Assembly (NCBI GenBank): GCA_965644265.1
Contig: OZ286469.1
Location: 102,486,001 to 102,550,000 of the forward strand
Origin: Glycera tridactyla
Lineage: Eukaryota
DNA: 64,000 nucleotides
Reading direction: 5' to 3'
Position numbers and translations under genes: made by a program. Shown here piece after piece: positions 23,571 through 34,768 of the stretch. Position 1 is the first letter of the stretch, and each line of letters begins with the position of its first letter. The notes below the pieces were generated by a model. The model searched no databases, had not been told where the DNA came from, and saw only the letters and a program-made list of their open reading frames with translations.

Positions 23571-25372
23571 TAGAACTCTGAATACAGAGTGCCCTGAATC
23601 AGTCATGTTGGAGGACAGCATTGTAACATACGACACACCTTCTCAGTTTGCTGCTGCTGCTGCTGCTGCTGCTGCTGTAGAACTCTGAATACAGAGTGCC
23701 CTGAATCAGTCATGTTGGAGGACAGCATTGTAACATACGACAGACCTTCTCAGTATGCTGCTGCTGCTGCTGCTGCTGCTGTAGAACTCTGAATACAGAG
23801 TGCCCTGAATCAGTCATGTTGGAGGACAGCATTGTAACATACGACAGACCTTCTCAGCATGCTGCTGCTGCTGCTGCTGCTGCTGCTGTAGAACTCTGAA
23901 TACAGAGCGCCCTGAATCAGTCATGTTGGAGGACAGCATTGTAACATACGACACACCTTCTCAGCATGCTGCTGCTGCTGCTGTAGAACTCTGAATACAG
24001 AGCGCCCTGAAGCAGTCATGTTGGAGGACAGCATCGTAACATACGACAGACCTTCTCAGTATGCTGCTGCTGCTGTAGAAATCTGAATACAGAGCGCCCT
24101 GAATCAGTCATGTTGGAGAACAGCATTGTAACATACGACACACCTTCTCAACATGCTGCTGCTGTAGAACTCTGAATACAGAGCGCCCTGAATCAGTCAT
24201 GTTGGAGGACAGCATTGTAACATACGACACACCTTCTCAACATGCTGCTGCTGTGGAACTCTGAATACAGAGCGCCCTGAATCAGTCTAGTTGGAGAACA
24301 GCATTGTAACATACGACACACCTTCTCAACATGCTGCTGCTGTAGAACTCTGAATACAGAGCGCCCTGAATCAGTCATGTTGGAGGACAGCATTGTAACA
24401 TACGACAGACCTTCTCAGCATGCTGCTGTTGCTGCTGCTGTAGAACTCTGAATACAGAGCGCCCTGAATCAGTCATGTTGGAGGACAGCATTGTAACATA
24501 CAGCACACCTTCTCAACATGCTGCTGCTGCTGTAGAACTCTGAATACAGAGCGCCCTGAATCAGTCATGTTGGAGGACAGCATTGTAACATACGACACAC
24601 CTTCTCAGTATGCTGCTGCTGCTGCTGCTGCTGTAGAAATCTGAATACAGAGCGCCCTGAATCAGTCATGTTGGAGGACAGCATTGTAACATACGACACA
24701 CCTTCTCAGCATGCTGCTGCTGTAGAACTCTGAATACAGAGTGCCCTGAATCAGTCATGTTGGAGGACAGCATTGTAACATACGACAGACCTTCTCAACA
24801 TGCTGCTGCTGTGGAACTCTGAATACAGAGCGCCCTGAATCAGTCATGTTGGAGGACAGCATTGTAACATACGACACACCTTCTCAGCATGCTGCTGCTG
24901 TAGAACTCTGAATACAGAGCGCCCTGAATAAGGTATGTTGGAGGACAGCATTGTAACATACGACACACCTTCTCAGCATGCTGCTGTTGCTGCTGCTGTA
25001 GAACTCTGAATACAGAGCGCCCTGAATCAGTCATGTTAGAGGACAGCATTGTAACATACGACAGACCTTCTCAGTATGCTGCTGCTGCTGCTGCTGCTGT
25101 AGAAATCTGAATACAGAGCGCCCTGAATCAGTCATGTTGGAGGACAGCATTGTAACATACAGCACACCTTCTCAGCATGCTGCTGCTGCTGCTGCTGTAG
25201 AACTCTGAATACAGAGGGTCCTGAATCAGTCATGTTGGAGGACAGCATTGTAACATACGACACACCTTCTCAGTATGTTGCTGCTGCTGCTGCTGTAGAA
25301 CTCTGAATACAGAGCGTCCTGAATCAGTCATGTTGGAGGACAGCATTGTAACATACGACAGACCTTCTCAGC

Positions 25373-25409
<37 letters not shown>

Positions 25410-26237
25410 AGAACTCTGAATACAGAGCGCCCTGAATCAGTCATGTTGGAGGACAGCATTGTAACATACGACAGACCTTCTCAGCATGCTGCTGCTGCTG
25501 CTGTAGAACTCTGAATACAGAGCGCCCTGAATCAGTCATGTTGGAGGACAGCATTGTAACATACGACACACCTTCTCAGCATGCTGCTGCTGCTGCTGTA
25601 GAACTCTGAATACAGAGCGCCCTGAATCAGTCATGTTGGAGGACAGCATCGTAACATACGACAGACCTTCTCAGTATGCTGCTGCTGCTGTAGAACTCTG
25701 AATACAGAGCGCCCTGAATCAGTCATGTTGGAGAACAGCATTGTAACATACGACAGACCTTCTCAACATGCTGCTGCTATGGAACTCTGAATACAGAGCG
25801 CCCTGAATCAGTCATGTTGGAGGACAGCATTGTAACATACGACACACCTTCTCAACATGCTGCTGCTGTAGAACTCTGAATACAGAGCGCCCTGAATCAG
25901 TCATGTTGGAGGACAGCATTGTAACATACGACACACCTTCTCAGCATGCTGCTGCTGTAGAACTCTGAATACAGAGCGCCCTGAATCAGTCATGTTGGAG
26001 GACAGCATTGTAACATACGACAGACCTTCTCAGTATGCTGCTGCTGTAGAACTCTGAATACAGAGCGTCCTGAATCAGTCATGTTGGAGGACAGCATTGT
26101 AACATACGACAGACCTTCTCAGCATGCTGCTGCTGCACCTGTAGAACTCTGAATACAGAGCGCCCTGAATCAGTCATGTTGGAGGACAGCATTGTAACAT
26201 ACAGCACACCTTCTCAGCATGCTGCTGCTGTAGAACT
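21084..26237 (+). repeat. Minisatellite of 89+3n bp with an embedded variable (GCT)n tract, ~55 copies
   Basis: Unit ctgaatacagagcgccctgaatcagtcatgttggaggacagcattgtaacatacgacacaccttctcagcat(gct)n gtagaact. The first unit lies inside the GPCR CDS. Confidence 0.95.
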
Positions 26238-26529
26238 TTGGCTCAAATCTCCATAATGACGATGATCGATTGATCAATTTTTTTCTTTTTTCCTCCGTCG
26301 AAACATTCAAACATGCATACAAGTATACAACATTCAATTTCAGTGTGACGGAAGAAGATTTATTGAATTGGCAATATGGTCCAATGAGAAATGTGATGCT
26401 TATATACAATGATTTATGAGATAATGTGAGATTGATGAAATGAGTGTGATGTATGATGATGAATTTGTTTAAGTCCATTTCAGCATGGAATTGCATCAAA
26501 TCCCGTGCAAAGAAACTGATTCCCATTGC

Positions 26530-27400
26530 CATGATCCTCGGTTTCGGGAGCATTGTCCCTCTTCAGGCACTCTGTTAGCCAGGTGCATTCTCGGTCTTCC
26601 ACTCTGTTGGGGACGCGCCTCCCTCTAGGGTTTATTGGAGGTCCCCATGAAGTTCCGTGGATTTCACCAAAGTGATTAGTGGTCTGTATTCGAAATCTAC
26701 ACGGATGTGGTAATATCTTTTTAACTTCAAGTCTATATGCCAGATATGTCATCGAGAAATCATTGCCAAATGATTGGTTGTTTGGCACATATGAAGACGT
26801 TTTCACTCTCAAAGTCAGCCATAAAAATAGCTGCTAGATTGGCACCACCCTAGTTGGCACGGCTGTTCCTCCTATCTGGAGGTAATTCTTTTCATTGAAT
26901 TGAAAGTCATTGCATTCGAATACAGTCTCTAAAAATTATATAAGGCTGGTGTTGAATGGCGTGACTCCATTCGGTCTGTGATCCTCTAGATAGTATTGGA
27001 CTGCTCTGATCCCCTCTGCATGTGGGTAGGGTGGGAGTCCAGGGTCTCTAGAGAAGGCAGCCACCAATGGGCGCGGGTCTTTTTCTTTGAAGTTTTGCCA
27101 TCAGGGATGATGTGGCCTAGATGTAGCATCATCCCTTCTCTTTTTCTCAATAGGTTTTTGGTGTGGGGGTTGAATGAAAACATACCTCGCAAATTTCTGT
27201 CATCTGTCTTTAGGCATTTTCTACCAAAATCGCACTATCACCATGGTTTCTTTCTCTTCACCTCTTTTCTATCACTCTAAGCTCTTTCTTATTTCTTCAG
27301 CAAAATGGTCTCCGGTGTAGGTAGCTAATGGTTTGCCTGTTGCAGATATTGTCACTATACAAAAAAGCGGGTACCAAGCTCACCAGTTCTGGGTTACTAG
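26530..27400 (-). mobile_element. Probable degraded PLE 3' fragment related to family A
   Basis: Hammerhead core nearly identical to family A at 26530-26575. The translation RAHWWLPSLETL near 27050 weakly resembles the PLE GIY-YIG C-terminus. Confidence 0.45.
26537..26596 (-). ncRNA. Orphan hammerhead catalytic strand with upstream decoy
   Basis: Minus strand AGAGTGC-CTGAAGA-GGGA caatgc TCCC-GAAA-CCGAG. No matching CTCGGTH substrate strand found nearby. Confidence 0.6.
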
Positions 27401-28568
27401 GGCTGATGACTAGGTTACTAGGATGTGTGATGGCATCGTACTGCGAGTATAGGACATGAAATTATTGTAAAGCTGGTTTGAAGTTGGCAGTTTGTAATTA
27501 AACACTTCGGCTGAGTATTCTCCTAACCTGATGCTTTTCTATGTGTCAAGTGCTGCGCTTTGCGGAAAAAAAAAATGCATTGCTATCAGGCTTGGGTGTT
27601 AGCTTCCAGCCAGCTATATAGTTAGATATGCCATCCTAGGTTTATTTGTATATGTTTAGATTAGGTAGAGGTGTGTTTGAACTGTCAGCTACTTCCACTT
27701 GACAACCTTTCAGGTTCCCCATCATCTTGTGTCCAGGGTTTGTGAGAGTGATGTCTGCAGGGGAGAGAACATCTAGCTTTCATTAAGCAGGAACACACGG
27801 CATAAATAATCCTGTGGGTTGATACATGCCGTTAAACCTCAAACAATCAAACAATCAATCCCCTCTGCATGGTAATTATTTGTGTATAATCTATTGACAT
27901 GTAATGTGAACGATAAACTATTGTCCAATATCCAATTCATTGATTTTCGTTAGGGATTCAAATACATGTTTGATGCGCAGAAGTAATTTATAGATGGCGC
28001 GATTGATGAATACGATACTTCTGTCTAGTTTCCGCTAGATGTCGCTGTGTAGTGATCAGACGTCATATTGCTCCATGCACCTCTGATGTCTGATAGGGAA
28101 TGCCTATTGTCTCAAGATCCTATATTAGTGGGGACTGCTGATCGTCTGTCAACATGATTATTGAAATGATAAGGCTGCAATGACAGTTTCGAGAGCAACA
28201 CCGTCACCTGGTACGCCATCTGGCGTTACTTTGTGAAACTTTAGATAACTTTAGATGAATGGATGCCTCGTGACATATTCTCAACTACGTTTGAACTCAA
28301 TTACGATGCTGTGTTGATAGGTTGCTGCCTTATAGAATGTATTTCGCCTAAGCAATTTTGCTGGCAATGTCGGTCGTGAAAGAAACATTCTACCATCTGC
28401 TATCTGACATTGCTTGAGATATGACATTGATTGGTACTTTCGTAAATTGTCTGAGGGTCGCAGAATAGTATAGCAAGGTGTTTTTTTGTGATTTTTCTTT
28501 TTGATCTGCTCAATGATGATCTCAGTAACTTTTGTCATTTGTTCGGTTACTTGGTTTAATACGATATC

Positions 28569-28668
28569 TGTATATACGTTGTGTTTTGTATTCTTAATGG
28601 GAAACATGGTCGTATATTAGGCCTCCCAGTCTAGAATTGAATAAAGATTTTTCAAATTCAAGTTCAAG

Positions 28669-28672
<4 letters not shown>
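28569..28672 (+). mobile_element. 3' end fragment of a LINE related to the 52.6-62.4 kb element
   Basis: tgtatatacgttg, ttttgtattcttaatgggaaa, cccagtc.agaattgaataaag all match 62272-62357; followed by a short-repeat tail (ttcaag). Confidence 0.7.

Positions 28673-28701
<29 letters not shown>
28673..28701. repeat. (TA)n at the PLE family A 3' junction
   Basis: Seen directly in the sequence. Confidence 0.95.
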
Positions 28702-28703
<2 letters not shown>

Positions 28704-28732
28704 GGTTTATGTGGCAAAGGTCTGCTCTCAAC

Positions 28733-29037
28733 GAAAACTGTGCGACCGATTGGCGCGTTCGTCCCGCGCGGCGCCTTATAGAGCCAGTGTCAACGCTCCA
28801 TGGTAACTAACGGTGGCGTCCCGGGTTACGTGACGTCACGGGCTGCATGCTCCTAAAATAAATCCCATCTTATTGATGGGACTTTTTAGGTTGCATTCCT
28901 GACTGCCAGGCAGGTCAAAAAACAGCCCTATCGGATCATTTTAGTGGTCCTATTAGACCAGAAAAATAGGTCCAGCCATGATTATCGGTTTCGGGAGCAT
29001 TGTCCCTCTTCAGGCACTCTTAGTTTCAATATCGGTC
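28733..29037 (-). ncRNA. Split type I hammerhead ribozyme, family A; predicted cleavage between 28744 and 28743
   Basis: GTGC-CTGAAGA(29013-29007)-GGGA/TCCC-GAAA-CCGAT pairs with ATCGGT-C-GCAC at 28750-28740. Confidence 0.8.
28775..28838 (-). promoter_or_regulatory. Candidate pLTR promoter: TATAAG, RFX X-box-like GTTACCATGG, CRE TGACGTCA
   Basis: Motifs at 28780-28775, 28807-28798 and 28831-28838. Motif match only. Confidence 0.5.
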
Positions 29038-29453
29038 ATTGTCTACCAGCAGTGCTCCATTGGAGCACAGAGAAATCCAGCGTGAACTGTATCTCCCTTA
29101 TAGGCTTCTCCTATTTTAGTTGTTGGTTTCATGAGCCATATACGGCCCTAGTAATCCATGGGATTCTCCTTGGATTACTGATTATCCCTATATTTATTTA
29201 TCTATTAAGGGATTACCCATTGGGTCTTGGATCCCACCACGATGTGGTAGGTAAGGTCGGTCCCCTATTTGGGGTCCTAGGACACTGTGCAAGGCGCTGG
29301 GGTCACGGCTACCCCGTTAGGAATCAAAGTCATGAGTTATTAATAAAGAATGTGGATACGTGGCTATTCATGACCATGGTTCCCCAATTGTGGGATATTA
29401 GGTCATATCCCAGGGCCTAATTATAGTTAAGCCCTCCCCGACGTGGGCAGTAT

Positions 29454-31505
29454 TCATTTTCTAAAGTGGGCTGCTCTCCAGTTCCTACATGTCATTTTAG
29501 TCTCCGGAGTTCTGTCCATTGTGTTTAGGCCCATTGGTAATTGTGTTCTGAGACGTTGTATCCAGTGCATCTCAATATGGTCTCTGAGATTTTTAGCTCG
29601 AGGGCTCGTGGGGTCAGCATGGATGAAGTCCACTATATGTATCTTCATGTCTTTTCCCCCATTGTGGGATAGTCTGTTGAAATGTCGACCCACGTCTGTC
29701 TTTCTTTCTCCCCCTATGTCGGTCCAATGTCCTTGGAAACGATCCATAAGGCGTTTGTAGGTTTGGCCGACATATTGTTTATCGCATATATTGCATGTTA
29801 TGCAGTATATGAGATTATTGGATTTACATGTCACACTCTTCTTAGTTTTATACGTGCGACCAGTGATGGTACTCTTGATTTCCCCACTAGTATCCAGGAC
29901 TGAACAGTACCTGCACTCTTTTCGTATGCATTTATTAGTGGTAGATGCGAGGGGTTCGGCACTGGGTGTTGCTTCCACCAGTGGTTTCAATTGAGATCTC
30001 ACTAATATATCTTTTAGATTCATAGTCCGTTTGTAGCCCGTAATTATTTTGGCTTTGGCTAACTCTTTGGTTGTGGACGATCTCTCAATAATTCCCCAAT
30101 TGCATTTCACAATTTTCTTAGCGTGATCGTGATTGGGATAATATCTAGTAGTGAATGCAACTATCTCTTGTTTAGGTTCGTTTGTGTCTGGAGCCGACTC
30201 CACAGGTTGTAATAATTCACTCCTAGTTTTCTCTAATGCACGATCTAGAGCTTTCTGTAATATTTCAATGGGGTATCCCCGTTTGTGGAAATAATATAGT
30301 AGCATGCCACAATGTTTATCATGGTCTTCATCCCTACTGCAAATCCTGCGTATTCGCAAGAGTTGGCTGTAGGGTAAACTCTCCTTTATATGTCTTGGGT
30401 GTGATGATGTGTAATGTAGATAGCTATGGCTATCTGTGGGTTTGCAATAAAGGTCTGACCACAGATCCTTATTTTCCAGGTGAATTGTTGTGTCCAGAAA
30501 GTGTACTTGGTTAGTGGAACTTTCTAGAGTGAATTTTATTGTAGTATGTACCCCATTTAGGTGTTCTACGAATTTATTCAATTCATCTTCACCATGTGTC
30601 CAGATTCCAAAGATATCATCTAGGAACCTGAGCCACATCTTGGGTTGTTTCTCATAGGGGTATACATATTTTGTTTCAAAGTCATCCATAAATATATTCG
30701 CTAAGCTAGGGGCAACTCTAGTCCCCATTGCAGTCCCTCCAACTTGTAAGTAATTTTTCCCATTGAATTGGAAGTTATTCAATGTGAGAACAAGTTCTAG
30801 AAGTTCTAGAAGGCTGGTGTTGAATGGGGTGACCCCATTCTTCCTGTGTTTATCTAAGTAATATCTCACTGCCTGTATACCTCCATCATGTGGTATATTG
30901 GTATAAAGGCTGGTTACATCTAGGGTGAACAGAATTATATCATCCTCTTCTGTTAGTGATATATTCTGGATCTTCGTAAGAAAGTCAGTGGTGTCTCTTA
31001 CATATGATCTGATTTCCTTTAGTGATGGTTGTAGGAAATGGTCCACAAACTGAGAGATTCTCTCGGTTGGACAGGCATTTGCCGAGATGATAGGACGTCC
31101 CGGTGGTGGATTTTTGTTTTTATGGATTTTGGGTAATGAATATAGTTGGGCGGTTCTGGGTTCAGTTATTTTCAAGTATTTTTGAGTCTCTGGATGTATT
31201 TCTCCAGATTGTTGCATTTCGTCCACCTTGTTGTGGACTCTGATATTGTGTTCTGAAGTGGGGTCACGATCCAAGTCCTGGTAGAAATTCTTATCTGAGA
31301 GTTGTCTCTCAGCTTCCTTGATATAATCGGTACGATTCTGAATTACTACAGCCGAACCTTTATCTGCTTTTTTAATAATGATAGAATTATTATTCTTAAG
31401 ATCTTTTATAGCAATTTCTTCCTCTCTAGTCACATTCCTTGGGTGTGGATTATACGTTGGGATGGTTGCCATATAGAGTTCATTTGCCATAGTCATTGCT
31501 AAGAC
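29454..31505 (-). pseudogene. 5'-truncated PLE RT + GIY-YIG ORF (family A, left arm)
   Basis: KADKG, GRPIIS, DVTSLYTNIP, GTAMGT, RFLDD, IYCITCNIC..QYVGQT. The start in the ORF track lies across the inversion junction. Confidence 0.92.
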
Positions 31506-34500
31506 AGGGGCAACCGTGCATACCAACCACAACCAATGCAAACACCTTCCAACCAATTTTTGGGAGCCCAGAGAACACCATCAGCAACCTCCACCCAGGG
31601 CCCAACTCCCTCGGTAGACACAAACCAGCGCCAAAATATGGCACCCAAGTTCAAGGTGGCCATCACAGCCGCCGAATGGCAAATGATCAGAGGGCTACGC
31701 CCGATGTAATACATGAATCAATTTCTACTCATGGTGAACTTATTCCCATCTATGACATTACAAAACCACCCATCATGTCGCTCTACATAGTTCAAGATGA
31801 CACTATTGTTCATTTGTGTTCATCCCATGTTTACAGCCCGGACATGTTGAAAATGGAAAATATGTGTGAAAAACCTTTTTACACAGAATGGACGATGTAC
31901 CAATCACATGAGTATGAAAGCCAAGGAATATTTCTGTTTGAAAGGAATGTGAACAACTCCAATGACCATGATATTAATGCTTTGAAGACCAATGTAATAA
32001 AACTAATTTCAAATTACATGGAGTCAGATTGTTTCATTACAGATACTGCCAGCAAACTTGTTGTCAATCTATCGGATCTGATGCTCAATGAGCATCACAT
32101 ATCACTGTTATCCAAAGGTTTAACTTTTTGCCCAACCCCGGGTGAACTTGATGTAGGAGAAATTAAAGAGGATCTGGACAAGTTTCACCACAATGTTAGA
32201 TGGAAAGCCCATTTCCTGAATGAGAAAGCTAAAACACTAGAAGGGCTTTCAGCGGGGGGACGCACCCTCATTTTTGGGAACGACAATGAAAGAAGAGGAG
32301 CAGGCACTCGCCCGAAACGGGGGAGACCACGCCGTTCCCAGATATCTTTAGCTAGTCAGGTGAATACCAGACAATCAACACGTATTGGTAGCTCCCAACC
32401 ACCCGATCCGATGGAACAAACTCCAATACAACCCTCCACATCAGACTATGTTCCAAACACACCAGAGAATGTATTGAGAATAGAGAGCGGGATCACGAGA
32501 TTTGTGAATGGCTTCCAACATATGAAATTTAGGGAGAAATCCACTAAAGATCCGACAAAGATCCCAGAGGCAGTCTTAGCAATGACTATGGCAAATGAAC
32601 TCTATATGGCAACCATCCCAACGTATAATCCACACCCAAGGAATGTGACTAGAGAGGAAGAAATTGCTATAAAAGATCTTAAGAATAATAATTCTATCAT
32701 TATTAAAAAAGCAGATAAAGGTTCGGCTGTAGTAATTCAGAATCGTACCGATTATATCAAGGAAGCTGAGAGACAACTCTCAGATAAGAATTTTTACCAG
32801 GACTTGGATCGTGACCCCACTTCAGAACACAATATCAGAGTCCACAACAAGGTGGACGAAATGCAACAATCTGGAGAAATACATCCAGAGACTCAAAAAT
32901 ACTTGAAAATAACTGAACCCAGAACCGCCCAACTATATTCATTACCCAAAATCCATAAAAACAAAAATCCACCACCGGGACGTCCTATCATCTCGGCAAA
33001 TGCCTGTCCAACCGAGAGAATCTCTCAGTTTGTGGACCATTTCCTACAACCATCACTAAAGGAAATCAGATCATATGTAAGAGACACCACTGACTTTCTT
33101 ATGAAGATCCAGAATATATCACTAACAGAAGAGGATGATATAATTCTGTTCACCCTAGATGTAACCAGCCTTTATACCAATATACCACATGATGGAGGTA
33201 TACAGGCAGTGAGATATTACTTAGATAAACACAGGAAGAATGGGGTCACCCCATTCAACACCAGCCTTCTAGAACTTCTAGAACTTGTTCTCACATTGAA
33301 TAACTTCCAATTCAATGGGAAAAATTACTTACAAGTTGGAGGGACTGCAATGGGGACTAGAGTTGCCCCTAGCTTAGCGAATATATTTATGGATGACTTT
33401 GAAACAAAATATGTATACCCCTATGAGAAACAACCCAAGATGTGGCTCAGGTTCCTAGATGATATCTTTGGAATCTGGACACATGGTGAAGATGAATTGA
33501 ATAAATTCGTAGAACACCTAAATGGGGTACATACTACAATAAAATTCACTCTAGAAAGTTCCACTAACCAAGTACACTTTCTGGACACAACAATTCACCT
33601 GGAAAATAAGGATCTGTGGTCAGACCTTTATTGCAAACCCACAGATAGCCATAGCTATCTACATTACACATCATCACACCCAAGACATATAAAGGAGAGT
33701 TTACCCTACAGCCAACTCTTGCGAATACGCAGGATTTGCAGTAGGGATGAAGACCATGATAAACATTGTGGCATGCTACTATATTATTTCCACAAACGGG
33801 GATACCCCATTGAAATATTACAGAAAGCTCTAGATCGTGCATTAGAGAAAACTAGGAGTGAATTATTACAACCTGTGGAGTCGGCTCCAGACACAAACGA
33901 ACCTAAACAAGAGATAGTTGCATTCACTACTAGATATTATCCCAATCACGATCACGCTAAGAAAATTGTGAAATGCAATTGGGGAATTATTGAGAGATCG
34001 TCCACAACCAAAGAGTTAGCCAAAGCCAAAATAATTACGGGCTACAAACGGACTATGAATCTAAAAGATATATTAGTGAGATCTCAATTGAAACCACTGG
34101 TGGAAGCAACACCCAGTGCCGAACCCCTCGCATCTACCACTAATAAATGCATACGAAAAGAGTGCAGGTACTGTTCAGCCCTGGATACTAGTGGGGAAAT
34201 CAAGAGTACCTTCACTGGTCGCACGTATAAAACTAAGAAGAGTGTGACATGTAAATCCAATAATCTCATATACTGCATAACATGCAATATATGCGATAAA
34301 CAATATGTCGGCCAAACCTACAAACGCCTTATGGATCGTTTCCAAGGACATTGGACCTACATAGGGGGAGAAAGAAAGACAGACCTGGGTCGACATTTCA
34401 ACAGACTATCCCACAATGGGGGAAAAGACATGAAGATACATATAGTGGACTTCATCCATGCCGACCCCACGAGCCCTCGAGCTAAAAATCTCAGAGACCA

Positions 34501-34723
34501 TATTGAGATGCACTGGATACAACGTCTCAGAACACAATTACCAATGGGCCTAAACACAATGGACAGAACTCCGGAGACTAAAATGACATGTAGGAACTGG
34601 AAAGCAGCCCACTTTAGAAAATGAATACTGCCCACGTCGGGGAGGGCTTAACTATAATTAGGCCCTGGGATATGACCTAATATCCCACAATTGGGGAACC
34701 ATGGTCATGAATAGCCACGTATC

Positions 34724-34727
<4 letters not shown>
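31506..34727 (+). mobile_element. PLE family A, longer 5'-truncated arm
   Basis: Intact RT-EN frame; ends at GCCACGTATCCACA, running into (CA)n(TA)n. Confidence 0.93.
31676..34624 (+). CDS. Penelope-like (Neptune-like) RT + C-terminal GIY-YIG endonuclease, family A
   Basis: VNLS..L...SLLSKGLTFCPTP N-terminal motif, DKG, RT motifs with FLDD, C-x4-C-x2-C linker (CIRKECRYC), GIY-YIG with CxxC. First ATG at 31676. Confidence 0.93.
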   Translation: MANDQRATPDVIHESISTHGELIPIYDITKPPIMSLYIVQDDTIVHLCSSHVYSPDMLKMENMCEKPFYTEWTMYQSHEYESQGIFLFERNVNNSNDHDINALKTNVIKLISNYMESDCFITDTASKLVVNLSDLMLNEHHISLLSKGLTFCPTPGELDVGEIKEDLDKFHHNVRWKAHFLNEKAKTLEGLSAGGRTLIFGNDNERRGAGTRPKRGRPRRSQISLASQVNTRQSTRIGSSQPPDPMEQTPIQPSTSDYVPNTPENVLRIESGITRFVNGFQHMKFREKSTKDPTKIPEAVLAMTMANELYMATIPTYNPHPRNVTREEEIAIKDLKNNNSIIIKKADKGSAVVIQNRTDYIKEAERQLSDKNFYQDLDRDPTSEHNIRVHNKVDEMQQSGEIHPETQKYLKITEPRTAQLYSLPKIHKNKNPPPGRPIISANACPTERISQFVDHFLQPSLKEIRSYVRDTTDFLMKIQNISLTEEDDIILFTLDVTSLYTNIPHDGGIQAVRYYLDKHRKNGVTPFNTSLLELLELVLTLNNFQFNGKNYLQVGGTAMGTRVAPSLANIFMDDFETKYVYPYEKQPKMWLRFLDDIFGIWTHGEDELNKFVEHLNGVHTTIKFTLESSTNQVHFLDTTIHLENKDLWSDLYCKPTDSHSYLHYTSSHPRHIKESLPYSQLLRIRRICSRDEDHDKHCGMLLYYFHKRGYPIEILQKALDRALEKTRSELLQPVESAPDTNEPKQEIVAFTTRYYPNHDHAKKIVKCNWGIIERSSTTKELAKAKIITGYKRTMNLKDILVRSQLKPLVEATPSAEPLASTTNKCIRKECRYCSALDTSGEIKSTFTGRTYKTKKSVTCKSNNLIYCITCNICDKQYVGQTYKRLMDRFQGHWTYIGGERKTDLGRHFNRLSHNGGKDMKIHIVDFIHADPTSPRAKNLRDHIEMHWIQRLRTQLPMGLNTMDRTPETKMTCRNWKAAHFRK

Positions 34728-34768
<41 letters not shown>
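34725..34768. repeat. (CA)n(TA)n between PLE A and PLE C
   Basis: Seen directly in the sequence. Confidence 0.95.

Larger units (their letters stand above)
28702..31505 (-). mobile_element. PLE family A, 5'-truncated inverted arm with complete 3' UTR/pLTR
   Basis: Reverse complement of 32573-34727 over 29351-31505 (coordinate sum 64078), plus ~650 bp of extra 3' sequence. Confidence 0.93.

Noticed and set aside
26637-26646. TGGAGGTCCC resembling a tRNA-Gln primer-binding site
   Set aside because: Only 10 nt, with no adjacent LTR or retroviral ORFs.
27403-27425. CTGATGA followed by a CTAG/CTAG stem, a possible fourth hammerhead
   Set aside because: Followed by GATG rather than GAAA, and no stems I or III were found.
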